From: an uncultured virus (IMG/VR IMGVR_UViG_3300000553_000007)
Lineage: Duplodnaviria; Heunggongvirae; Uroviricota; Caudoviricetes
DNA: 20,000 nt
Direction: 5' to 3' (one strand)
IMG/VR virus record: IMGVR_UViG_3300000553_000007
Below, in pieces: positions 1-7,725 of this stretch (positions are counted from its first letter, which is position 1; every line of letters starts with the position of its first letter). Under the pieces are notes generated by a model. That model was given only the letters and a program-made list of their open reading frames with translations. It was not told the origin of the DNA and searched no databases. The position numbers were made by a program, and so were the translations under genes.

Positions 1-236
1 AACGATGTCGACGCAAATGACGATGAACATGAATTGTCACTAAAATTTGAATGTGATGCGGATACTGATACTAATGATGAACTAGCGCCAACAGATGCTG
101 ATATCCAATTACCGACTTGAGTAAATGTGGTTCTATACGTGGTTAATGATGAACTCTGAACTAATGGTATAAAATCACTAGAACTTATAGAAAATAATGG
201 ATTTAATCCGCTTATTGGTATGCTTATATTTGACAT
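1..236 (-). CDS. Ser/Thr-rich virion/tail-fibre-like protein, N-terminal part (runs off window)
   Basis: Manual translation from ATG at 236: MSNISIPISGLNPLFSISSSDFIPLVQSSSLTTYRTT..., open to base 1; N-terminus and composition resemble the adjacent 359-aa ORF. Confidence 0.65.
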   Translation of the reverse strand, partial: MSNISIPISGLNPLFSISSSDFIPLVQSSSLTTYRTTFTQVGNWISASVGASSSLVSVSASHSNFSDNSCSSSFASTS

Positions 237-238
237 AA

Positions 239-1318
239 TTAATATCCTATTACTTGAAAATTCATTCCCCAGGGTTCGTTCGGCGTGTTATCCCACGTCC
301 CTTGTATTGACATAGTAAACGATGTAGTCGACCTATTATTTAACATAGAGTGAGTTTGTGGTAAAAATACAACACCTACCTCAGCTCCATTTGTACCGGC
401 AATTTCCCACGCATTACCGACGATGATATAATTCGTTGTATTTATTGGATTTAAAAATGTTACGCCGTAACAGAATTGAGTATGGTTAGACCCGGAATAA
501 ATTGCCAAAGTACCAAGAGAAACCACAGAACTAATATTACATCCAGTAACTATAGTTAATGTATCCGTATCTTTATTACTAGCATCGCTTCCCGTAACCA
601 TGGCAAATGCTCTAAGTGATGGAGTTCCTAATGCGATATAACTGGCGGTATCCGCGTTTATGGTAGTTGTAGATTGTCCGGCAGTTGTGGCAAATGTTGC
701 AAAATTTGCAGTCGCTGACGTTCCAGAACTGATTGAGTAATTCGATGTATCGGATGATACGGCATGTGATGCTGATGTTGAGTTACTTGATATAATAGAA
801 TATGATGCCGACGTTCCATTCATTGAATATGACGCTGTTCCATTCGGTAATCCACTATAAAACAAATTTAACGTGGTAGTAGATGAATCTGCCGAATTAG
901 CTTTAACCGAATATGAAGATGTACCATTTGGTGTACCAGTATATTTCAGGAAAGATGCGGTATCGGCGCTAGGCATAGTAGTTACACAAAATGCCGAATA
1001 ACTAGCTGTGTCGGATTGTATAGCATGAGATGCTGATATAACTGTACCGGCGTAACTAGATGATATTGATTGACTGGAAATTGTTGCAACTGCAACAATT
1101 CCATGTATATTAGATGAGTCTATATAAGATGCGGTGTCTGCCAGCGTGGCTTTGTATGCCGGGAAACTTCCACTATTTTCTACAAATAATAGAAGTTGAC
1201 CCACCTCTAATTGCTTAGATTCTCGTTGGCTTGTATCAGTTACGAAGAATACATCATTTGATTGTATATCAGTCGCCGCCAATGACAATAATTCAGACAC
1301 CCTCTTATTTTGACTCAT
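239..1318 (-). CDS. Ser/Thr/Ala-rich structural protein (tail-fibre-like)
   Basis: 359-aa ORF with repeated A(D/S)TASY-type units; ATATTTAT motif just upstream of the ATG. Confidence 0.6.
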   Translation of the reverse strand: MSQNKRVSELLSLAATDIQSNDVFFVTDTSQRESKQLEVGQLLLFVENSGSFPAYKATLADTASYIDSSNIHGIVAVATISSQSISSSYAGTVISASHAIQSDTASYSAFCVTTMPSADTASFLKYTGTPNGTSSYSVKANSADSSTTTLNLFYSGLPNGTASYSMNGTSASYSIISSNSTSASHAVSSDTSNYSISSGTSATANFATFATTAGQSTTTINADTASYIALGTPSLRAFAMVTGSDASNKDTDTLTIVTGCNISSVVSLGTLAIYSGSNHTQFCYGVTFLNPINTTNYIIVGNAWEIAGTNGAEVGVVFLPQTHSMLNNRSTTSFTMSIQGTWDNTPNEPWGMNFQVIGY

Positions 1319-1335
1319 AACAAATAAATATACGA

Positions 1336-2067
1336 TTAAATAGTTTTTTTGACTTTTTTTATGATGAATTTGACTAGAGCGCTTCTTACTATATCATCTT
1401 CTGTGAATTTAAACACATGGATTCCGTTAGCTCTTGATTCCTCATCATCAAAATAAGATATCATTTTTATAAAACCACTCTTACCGTTAATATCTGATTG
1501 GTCAGCGTCACCTAATATAAATACTTTACTAAATTCGCCTGTTCTGGTTATCAATGTGAATAGTTCTTTCACGGTCATGTTCTGAGCTTCATCAGAAATT
1601 ATAACCTTAGCATTCCAATTCAACCCTCTTAGGAACCCTACAGGAACAGAAGATATTCTTTCTTCTTTTTTAAGTCCCTCAATTTCTTGTACCGGTAGTA
1701 ATTCCATCAACTTGTCAACTAACGGAGCTAGATAAGGAGCCATTTTATCGTCTGCTTCTCCTGGTAGAAATCCGAGTTTTGATTCTGACGATTCAACTGC
1801 AGAACGAATGTAAATCAAATCACTAACTCTTCTTTCATTTAACATTTGAAGGGCCGCGTATACTGCCATATACGTCTTTGATGTTCCTGCTGGTCCAGAT
1901 ACAAATACTATTTTTGTATCTTTATTCATAGCAACTTCTAAGAATTGCTTTTGTTTATCATTTAATTCTCTTTTGCGAATTGATAATTGATTTTTGATTT
2001 TATTACGTTGTGGAATACTCGGGCTTGTGTCCTGAACTTTAGTTTGGTCGATGCGTTTTGTTTTCAT
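1336..2067 (-). CDS. phoH: PhoH-family ATPase
   Basis: GPAGTSKT Walker A variant, LGFLPG, FLRG, DEAQN, LITRTG, GDADQSD and DIVRS motifs. Confidence 0.95.
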   Translation of the reverse strand: MKTKRIDQTKVQDTSPSIPQRNKIKNQLSIRKRELNDKQKQFLEVAMNKDTKIVFVSGPAGTSKTYMAVYAALQMLNERRVSDLIYIRSAVESSESKLGFLPGEADDKMAPYLAPLVDKLMELLPVQEIEGLKKEERISSVPVGFLRGLNWNAKVIISDEAQNMTVKELFTLITRTGEFSKVFILGDADQSDINGKSGFIKMISYFDDEESRANGIHVFKFTEDDIVRSALVKFIIKKVKKTI

Positions 2068-2404
2068 CAGTTGTAGTTGTATTTGTGGACTTTTCCTTTA
2101 GTGTTTTTTGTAACCTAACCACCCTTGTACAATGTTCATATGTTTCATTTTTCATATAATATGAATATATGTTATCAAGATTGGTCAAATAATCTTTTTC
2201 TGATAATGTTATTACAAAATCAGAATTTTTGAATTGGAATACTTCAACGAGAGGTAAGTTATGTTCTAAGGCGAACTCAATGATGTTTACAACTTGTTCC
2301 ATCATATCAACTTTGAATTTTTGAGAAAAAGATTGCAAGTCCTTATTTTCAGACGGTAGGACATATAAAGACGGTGAATCGTTTGTATTCTTTTTTGCTG
2401 CCAT
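2039..2404 (-). CDS. hypothetical protein
   Basis: ORF track 2039..2440; ATG at 2404 (MAAKK) preferred because the TTG start abuts a terminator U-tract. Confidence 0.7.
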   Translation of the reverse strand: MAAKKNTNDSPSLYVLPSENKDLQSFSQKFKVDMMEQVVNIIEFALEHNLPLVEVFQFKNSDFVITLSEKDYLTNLDNIYSYYMKNETYEHCTRVVRLQKTLKEKSTNTTTTDENKTHRPN

Positions 2405-2438
2405 ATCTTTCTCAACATAACTATAACGAAACAAATGC

Positions 2439-2475
2439 AAAAAAGAAAAACGTGGCAGATTTCTCTACCACGTTT
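2439..2475 (-). terminator. intrinsic terminator
   Basis: AAACGTGGTAGA-GAAA-TCTGCCACGTTT hairpin followed by TTCTTTTT on the minus strand. Confidence 0.75.
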
Positions 2476-2497
2476 ACGTATTAACTTGTATGAATGT

Positions 2498-2818
2498 TTA
2501 GTTAGTAAGTTCGGTCAATCTTTTACTGGCGACCTTCCGCCATTTTCTTACTGTTTTTGGACTAACATTTTTATAATCAGACTCTCCTTTTATTAGAAGA
2601 TTATTAACTTCTTGTTTAGTCATTGCATTCTCAATTAGATTTGAGAGTCCTGGTTCTGGTGTCGGTTTAAATGCTCCTTCATGTGGAGCATACATAATGG
2701 GAGTATTCCCATATTTCATTATCTCCTTCACGGCTGCTTTCTTTTCTTCAAAAGAACTCGAAGAGTTTACAACGGCTCGAATCTCTGCCGATTTTCTACT
2801 TTTTGGTGTAGTATTCAT
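2498..2818 (-). CDS. hypothetical protein (basic)
   Basis: 106-aa ORF tightly packed with co-oriented neighbours. Confidence 0.7.
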   Translation of the reverse strand: MNTTPKSRKSAEIRAVVNSSSSFEEKKAAVKEIMKYGNTPIMYAPHEGAFKPTPEPGLSNLIENAMTKQEVNNLLIKGESDYKNVSPKTVRKWRKVASKRLTELTN

Positions 2819-2822
2819 GAAT

Positions 2823-3107
2823 TTACCAAATACGATGTTTTTTCTTATCGAATTGTACGATTTCTACTTTCGTCCCATCCGGCCAACGTTTTACGACTTT
2901 TTGCCAAAACGTCTTTTCATCTAGCGCTCTCTGTTCGTCAGGATTTGAATAATCTTTGTCGGAAACTCGTAACCCTCCACGAACAACTACGTAACGTGTA
3001 GATGCCTGACCAGGAGTCCAAGTTTCTTGTTCCACCAATTCATTAATGGGAATCATCAGATTAGGAACTGCGTCTGAATGTGTCCGTTTTGTTTTTTCAT
3101 TTGCCAT
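2823..3107 (-). CDS. hypothetical protein
   Basis: 94-aa ORF in operon-like packing. Confidence 0.7.
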   Translation of the reverse strand: MANEKTKRTHSDAVPNLMIPINELVEQETWTPGQASTRYVVVRGGLRVSDKDYSNPDEQRALDEKTFWQKVVKRWPDGTKVEIVQFDKKKHRIW

Positions 3108-3432
3108 GTTTTTGTTTCCAGTTTTTATACTGCATTCTACTTGTTTTTACTTTATCAGATAGAAACTTTGAAATAACTTCTGCATCTTCTATACTAACTA
3201 TAACATCACTACCTGAAAGATTTTTACCTATAATCAACTGCCAAATCATTTTTAACCTATCACTAAAACAATATGGGATTGGTGATTGATTCCATATGGA
3301 AAAATAAAAAACGGAGGCGATGTCATCACATATGCCGAGAGTATCATTGGTCACTTCTAATACATGTGAGTGACATTCACATCTGACCATCAATACATCC
3401 TCATTTGTATTTATTATTGGCATGATTATCAA
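3097..3432 (-). CDS. hypothetical protein
   Basis: 111-aa ORF with CECHSH motif, overlapping both neighbours by a few bases. Confidence 0.65.
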   Translation of the reverse strand: MIIMPIINTNEDVLMVRCECHSHVLEVTNDTLGICDDIASVFYFSIWNQSPIPYCFSDRLKMIWQLIIGKNLSGSDVIVSIEDAEVISKFLSDKVKTSRMQYKNWKQKHGK

Positions 3433-4112
3433 ATTCTCTCTTCATTTTTAGAAAAAAACCATTTATCATATTCGCCACGACAGGCAGAATAATCTGCGCT
3501 GTGAATGATTCGTGGTAAATTCGTTTTCAAATATAGGTCTTGGTTATATTGTTTCAAATATTTTTCAGTACCTTCATTGAACAATCCATCTGCCAATTTA
3601 ATACCGAGATATTCTTTCCAATCATAAACAACTCCGAATTTTTGTAGAAGGAATACGGCTCTATCGGTTACTTCCATATAAGGTAGATTGGGATTCATTT
3701 TATAGAATTCGCCCTTTTTGTATTTCCAATCTTGGTCTTGTGGGTAGTAGTATTCACCAAACTCCGGGTCGCCCAATTTACCCAAATCGTGATGCATCGC
3801 TGCGAAGACCATCTGTTCATCTGTGAAGTCTATATTACAACCGGCCACTTCGAATAATTTCTTTGAGGCGAATGACATTTTAATGACATTCATGATGTGT
3901 TGTAGATATCCGCCGGGATGACAGAGATGATAATGTTCACACATAGCGGCCGGAGCCGTAGCTAATGATAATCCCAAAGAATCCTCATTTTCAGAATACA
4001 TCTTTAGAAGTTTCGTCTTTCGGTCGCCTTTAAAAACGCTACTTATAAATTTTATAAATTCTTGATAATTTTCTTGAATTTCATTGTCAGTCAAATTTGG
4101 TTTGTCAATCAT
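3429..4112 (-). CDS. HD-domain phosphohydrolase (YhaM-like HD domain)
   Basis: APA..H.CHPGGYLQH, HHDLGK and IHSAD motifs. Confidence 0.85.
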   Translation of the reverse strand: MIDKPNLTDNEIQENYQEFIKFISSVFKGDRKTKLLKMYSENEDSLGLSLATAPAAMCEHYHLCHPGGYLQHIMNVIKMSFASKKLFEVAGCNIDFTDEQMVFAAMHHDLGKLGDPEFGEYYYPQDQDWKYKKGEFYKMNPNLPYMEVTDRAVFLLQKFGVVYDWKEYLGIKLADGLFNEGTEKYLKQYNQDLYLKTNLPRIIHSADYSACRGEYDKWFFSKNEERI

Positions 4113-4118
4113 GTGATG

Positions 4119-4146
4119 ATATTATCAGAGTTGTAGAAGATATCAA
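4119..4146 (-). promoter_or_regulatory. sigma70-like promoter; probably leaderless HD gene
   Basis: TTGATA-16 bp-TAATAT with TG extension, 6 nt before ATG 4112. Confidence 0.55.
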
Positions 4147-4152
4147 CTTATT

Positions 4153-4783
4153 TTAAAAGTATGGATTTGCCATGATGCTTTCGACGGTTCCGGACGGCAT
4201 ATCATCAAGAGTCTTTACGAATTCTCTCATAAGACGAAAACTTTGAGGAATCAATTCATCAGGAACATTTGCCACTCTATCAGTATAAACCTTGAGTTGT
4301 TTGGCGGCCATTAATGCTGCAAGATGGGTTTTTGCCATCAAGGCATCATGAGAATCGGTAGTAAATTTTTGACCTATTCCGTCGTTTATTTGAACGGTTG
4401 AAACGGTTGACCAAATATTCAAGAAATCAGATTCAAGAGTATCTTCTGACAACCAAGTATCATTGCAGGCGGCATACGAGTGTGTGAGAATTGAATTTCT
4501 CTTATTGGCAGTTGTTCGTTTTCCAAATAGAGGATGGATACTAGTAACTCTATCGGTGTATTGTAGAAGGATGTCCGTGGACGGTTTTTGAACACTACAC
4601 ACGTTGATTAGGTGTTTATCCCACATCTGCGCAGCCAGACCATGATAGGGCGGAGATAGGTACAGCTAATATAATACTTGGGGCCCCAAATGCTTCCGAG
4701 CCAGGGCCTATTTCAAATTTGTCTTTGAGAAGTTCTTTGAGGAATGTTCCAAAAACACCATCGCCTATGATTGTTAGTTTCAC
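4153..4783 (-). pseudogene. prephenate dehydrogenase (TyrA)-like gene with a 1-nt frameshift near 4648-4650
   Basis: GTG 4783 gives MKLTIIGDGVFG..IILAVPISA (Rossmann fold) then a stop; the +1 frame continues YHGLAAQMWDKHLINVCSVQK..SIHPLFG..HDALMA; span 631 nt = 3n+1. Confidence 0.7.
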
Positions 4784-4789
4784 AGTTAA

Positions 4790-4818
4790 ATACTAACAGT
4801 GTTGTAGAAGGAAGTCAA
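4790..4818 (-). promoter_or_regulatory. sigma70-like promoter; probably leaderless TyrA-like gene
   Basis: TTGACT-17 bp-TAGTAT with TG extension, 6 nt before GTG 4783. Confidence 0.6.
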
Positions 4819-4831
4819 GAAGATTATAAAA

Positions 4832-4923
4832 TGGCGGTTAATGAGGGAATTGAACCCCCGCCGGACGCAATGCCGGATTAGTTTTCGAAACTAACGTAGC
4901 GAACCAACATCTACCTACTAACC
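4832..4923 (-). tRNA. tRNA-Ser(CGA)
   Basis: Cloverleaf; TTAGT-TTCGAAA-ACTAA; long variable arm; G73 and CCA. Confidence 0.9.
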
Positions 4924-4927
4924 AAAA

Positions 4928-5149
4928 TTATTTAGACCAACGGTGTTTTCTGCTATGATATTCCCAACAAATGTTACAATTATTTATTGGTGGAGTTGAG
5001 CCGGTATAATCCGTATGAAGAGGACATGATTCCATATCTAATTGAATTCTTAAAGAATCGATATTAAATGGTTTGCCATTTGGTAAGATGAACTTGGTAG
5101 TTATCTCAGGTTCTTCTTTTTTAAACCAGTTTCGTATCCAATTAAACAT
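4928..5149 (-). CDS. hypothetical protein with Cys/His cluster
   Basis: 73-aa ORF filling the gap between two tRNA-Ser genes; CPLH..CNIC. Confidence 0.6.
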   Translation of the reverse strand: MFNWIRNWFKKEEPEITTKFILPNGKPFNIDSLRIQLDMESCPLHTDYTGSTPPINNCNICWEYHSRKHRWSK

Positions 5150-5153
5150 AAAA

Positions 5154-5247
5154 TGGCGGTTGTGATAGGATTCGAACCTACGGGCCGGCTTTCACCGAAC
5201 CTCCTAATTTCCAATCAGGTGCCTTATAGCCACTCAGCCACACAACC
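5154..5247 (-). tRNA. tRNA-Ser(GGA)
   Basis: CCTGA-TTGGAAA-TTAGG; long variable arm; GCCA end. Confidence 0.93.
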
Positions 5248-5295
5248 AAAACGGTGAGTTATAATATAAATATATCAAATGATATTATAACATCA

Positions 5296-5330
5296 AAAAG
5301 AAAACACCAACCAAAAATGGAAGGTGTTTT
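5296..5330 (-). terminator. intrinsic terminator-like hairpin
   Basis: AAAACACC..GGTGTTTT stem followed by CTTTTT, directly after tRNA-Gln. Confidence 0.55.
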
Positions 5331-5337
5331 ATGAAAC

Positions 5338-5411
5338 TGGCTGGGGATGAAGGAATCGAACCTTCGTCTATCGGTTCAGAGCCGACTGTAATACCATTAT
5401 ACAAATCCCCA
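5338..5411 (-). tRNA. tRNA-Gln(CTG)
   Basis: GTCGG-CTCTGAA-CCGAT; U1-A72; GCCA end. Confidence 0.93.
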
Positions 5412-5422
5412 ATAAAGACAAC

Positions 5423-5596
5423 TTAAAGTTTCTTTGCATCAGTAGAGACTTCTGCCACTACTGTTTTTGCGGTTGTTGCCACTACTACTGCATCGGCCAC
5501 TACTTTATTGACTACTGCGACGTGTTTACGTCCGACCAATACGCCGACGATAAATGTTACAACACCGACAATGGATGCTACTATTACGATACTCAT
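5423..5596 (-). CDS. 57-aa single-pass membrane protein (absent from ORF track)
   Basis: MSIVIVASIVGVVTFIVGVLVGRKH..KKL*, with AAGGA ribosome-binding site upstream. Confidence 0.7.
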   Translation of the reverse strand: MSIVIVASIVGVVTFIVGVLVGRKHVAVVNKVVADAVVVATTAKTVVAEVSTDAKKL

Positions 5597-5686
5597 ATTT
5601 TTTCCTTTATGTTAATTGTTATTTCAACAAACCATTGGGGTTTGTGATAATAAATATGACAATATAAGTATAAAAACTTACAAAAT

Positions 5687-5760
5687 TGGTGGAGCCGCCG
5701 AGAATCGAACTCGGGCCTTTTCATTGCGAGTGAAACGTATTCCCACTTTACCACGGCCCC
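5687..5760 (-). tRNA. tRNA-Ala(CGC)
   Basis: TTTCA-CTCGCAA-TGAAA; G3:U70; ACCA end. Confidence 0.93.
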
Positions 5761-5810
5761 CATAAACTCCCTCACAAGAGGGAATTGTATCTTCTCATAA
5801 TATAGAAGAC

Positions 5811-6000
5811 TAGATACAGAATTTTAAGGTTATCTCCTGGACCATTTTTACAACTTATCCATTGTTGAGTGGTCTTTTTACAACTTTACTCTGTTGGGCG
5901 TTTTTACAGTAGTCACTGCTACCCCTGTCAAAGACAGGATTGTGAGCCTTGTTAGGCTTGTTTTTTAGCTAGATATTTTTATCTGCTGTTACCGTATCTA
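5811..6000 (-). ncRNA. stem-closed structured RNA of unknown family (AGATAC..CAGCA family, long form)
   Basis: Ends pair (TAGATACGG/CTGTATCTA); several internal hairpins; no ORF in track. Confidence 0.55.
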
Positions 6001-6003
6001 AAT

Positions 6004-6077
6004 TGGTGGAGCCAAAGGGAATCGAACCCTTATTTCAACACTGCCAGCGTCGTGTCTTACCATTGGACGATGACCCC
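6004..6077 (-). tRNA. tRNA-Ala(GGC)
   Basis: CGACG-CTGGCAG-TGTTG; G3:U70; ACCA end. Confidence 0.92.
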
Positions 6078-6081
6078 ATTT

Positions 6082-6479
6082 TGTGACGTAGCCGTAACCG
6101 CCGTTTTGTTTTATCTCTACATTTATCTCAGTATTTCTACTGGTTCTCCGTTAAAGAGAACTGCTCCAACCTTTCCTTTACATCGGCCAACACTAGCCTT
6201 TGGAACTTTAGGATTACTGTTAATTTGTGGTACAAACGAATGTAATGAACAGGAACTATCGGACGTGTATTGGATTACTTGTCTACCTGTTTTCCCTTAA
6301 AGTCTTTCACTTTAAGTTTCCTCCGACTATTTTATGGTTTTACCCACGTTACATTCTCCCAACATCTGCTGTACAGAGGCGAATTTCCTCTGGTAATATC
6401 TTGAACCATTGTCAAGCCTAGTTTCATCAACTTCCGATTCGAACGGACTTATTACCAGCGTAGAGTCGCTTACGTCACA
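6082..6479 (-). ncRNA. rnpB: bacterial-type RNase P RNA
   Basis: P1 TGTGACGTA/TACGTCACA; P2 CTCTAC/GTAGAG; P3 CTGGTAAT/ATTACCAG; CR-I GAGGAAATTCGCC pairs with CR-V AACAAAACGGCGGTTA to form P4; CR-IV AGATAAATG; ~398 nt. Confidence 0.88.
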
Positions 6480-6484
6480 TCAAT

Positions 6485-6512
6485 AATATACATCTAAATT
6501 ATTAAATGTCAA
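6485..6512 (-). promoter_or_regulatory. sigma70-like promoter of the RNase P RNA
   Basis: TTGACA-16 bp-TATATT, ~5 nt before P1. Confidence 0.7.
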
Positions 6513-6524
6513 GCGTTGAAATTT

Positions 6525-6602
6525 TGGTGGTGTCTATGAGATTCGAACTCATACATTTTCACTTCTCAGGCGAACGACTCCTGCCAGTTGGTCTAAGACA
6601 CC
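6525..6602 (-). tRNA. tRNA-Leu(GAG), short variable loop
   Basis: TTCGC-CTGAGAA-GTGAA; 5-nt variable loop; ACCA end. Confidence 0.88.
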
Positions 6603-6607
6603 GTAAA

Positions 6608-6685
6608 TGGTATGCGTGACAGGACTCGAACCTGTGATAAATCTCAGTGTAAATGAGACGCCGTTGCCGCTGGAGCCACACGCAC
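6608..6685 (-). tRNA. tRNA-Val(TAC)
   Basis: TCTCA-TTTACAC-TGAGA; ACCA end. Confidence 0.92.
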
Positions 6686-6693
6686 ATTAAATG

Positions 6694-6770
6694 TGGTCGG
6701 AATGCCGGGACTCGAACCCGGAAATCTCCTGGACCCAAACCAGGCGCGATACCAATTACGCTACATTCCG
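6694..6770 (-). tRNA. tRNA-Pro(TGG)
   Basis: CCTGG-TTTGGGT-CCAGG; C1-G72; ACCA end. Confidence 0.95.
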
Positions 6771-6780
6771 ATTAAAAATT

Positions 6781-6872
6781 TGGCGGTTCCGACCAGATTC
6801 GAACTGGTGGCAGTTTTTTAGGCTGCGAGAGTTTAGCAAACTCTTGGTTTAATCCATCTCACCCACAGAACC
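6781..6872 (-). tRNA. tRNA-Ser(GCT)
   Basis: AGAGT-TTGCTAA-ACTCT; long variable arm; GCCA end. Confidence 0.93.
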
Positions 6873-6886
6873 ATAATCAATAACTA

Positions 6887-7411
6887 TTATATATCTTTAG
6901 TAATGTCAAGGTTTTTCTCAACTTTAAATCCTTGATATATTAAGATTTCTTTACAAAGTTGTATAAAATCTTCTAAAATCATATCACCTTTAGCAAAATT
7001 TGCTTCTTTACAAGTTAATCCTAAATTATCAAAAGAACATCCCCCGCCCTTTGAAACAGGTATTATATGGTCACATTGATATGTTTTAGGTTGTAATAAA
7101 TCTATTTTTCTACCACTTAAATAACAGATTGGAGTATTAATTAATTTGTCTTTAAATTCATTAGATGAAAAATTCAAAGATTTTCTTTTTTGTAAACAAT
7201 GCCTATTTCCATTAACAAAACTAAAATTATCTTTTTTTCTTTTTAAAATTCCAGTAAGAGTTTTTTTATAATTTTTGACACGTAATTTACATTTGTCTTT
7301 TTGTCCATCGCCACAATGATAAGCAATGGTTCCTTTAGAGCATCCAAGAATAGATTTTATTTCATTATAGGATTTTCCCTCACTTCGTAATTTAAGTATT
7401 TCATTTTTCAT
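6887..7411 (-). CDS. HNH endonuclease with N-terminal HTH (free-standing homing endonuclease-like)
   Basis: LRSEGKSYNEIKSILGCSKGTIAYH (HTH); CYLSG..DHIIPVSKGG..NL..CKEANFAK; start moved to ATG 7411 because the longer ORF runs through a tRNA. Confidence 0.85.
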   Translation of the reverse strand: MKNEILKLRSEGKSYNEIKSILGCSKGTIAYHCGDGQKDKCKLRVKNYKKTLTGILKRKKDNFSFVNGNRHCLQKRKSLNFSSNEFKDKLINTPICYLSGRKIDLLQPKTYQCDHIIPVSKGGGCSFDNLGLTCKEANFAKGDMILEDFIQLCKEILIYQGFKVEKNLDITKDI

Positions 7412-7469
7412 GAATATACATATAAACGAGTTCGAATAAATACGAATAAAAATATTCGAACTATTAAAT

Positions 7470-7562
7470 TGGCGGTTGGAGAGGGATTCGAACCCCCGGC
7501 GGTTTTTTAGGCCGCTATAGTTTTCAAGACTATCGCCATCAGCCGGACTCGGCCACCCAACC
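7470..7562 (-). tRNA. tRNA-Ser(TGA)
   Basis: ATAGT-CTTGAAA-ACTAT; long variable arm; GCCA end. Confidence 0.93.
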
Positions 7563-7571
7563 ATAAATTCT

Positions 7572-7679
7572 TTAATCAAAGCCTGTAATTTCCCAGGCAT
7601 TTAATAATCCATCGTAGGATTCGGCTTCTTGTTGACGACGTTCCTCTTCTTCGGCGTCATAATAATCATCTTCTTCCAT
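7572..7679 (-). CDS. 35-aa acidic peptide (absent from ORF track)
   Basis: MEEDDYYDAEEEERRQQEAESYDGLLNAWEITGFD*, 8 nt after a -10 box. Confidence 0.5.
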   Translation of the reverse strand: MEEDDYYDAEEEERRQQEAESYDGLLNAWEITGFD

Positions 7680-7687
7680 TGACAATA

Positions 7688-7715
7688 ACTATATCATCAT
7701 TTATGAAATAGTCAA
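7688..7715 (-). promoter_or_regulatory. sigma70-like promoter
   Basis: TTGACT-16 bp-TATAGT with TG extension. Confidence 0.55.
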
Positions 7716-7725
7716 TAATAAATTA

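Noticed and set aside
2681..3289. Plus-strand ORFs 2681..3001, 2697..2924 and 3080..3289
   Set aside because: Antisense shadows of a tightly packed minus-strand operon; no motifs
5593..6421. ORFs 5593..5775, 6052..6300 and 6227..6421
   Set aside because: They overlap tRNA-Ala genes and the RNase P RNA
5687..6479. Possible tmRNA suggested by GGCTCCACCA ends next to long structured regions
   Set aside because: Both ends belong to complete 74-nt tRNA-Ala cloverleafs; no convincing tag reading frame; the long RNA fits RNase P
7412..7600. N-terminal 63 aa of track ORF 6887..7600
   Set aside because: Runs through tRNA-Ser(TGA); the HTH domain begins at ATG 7411
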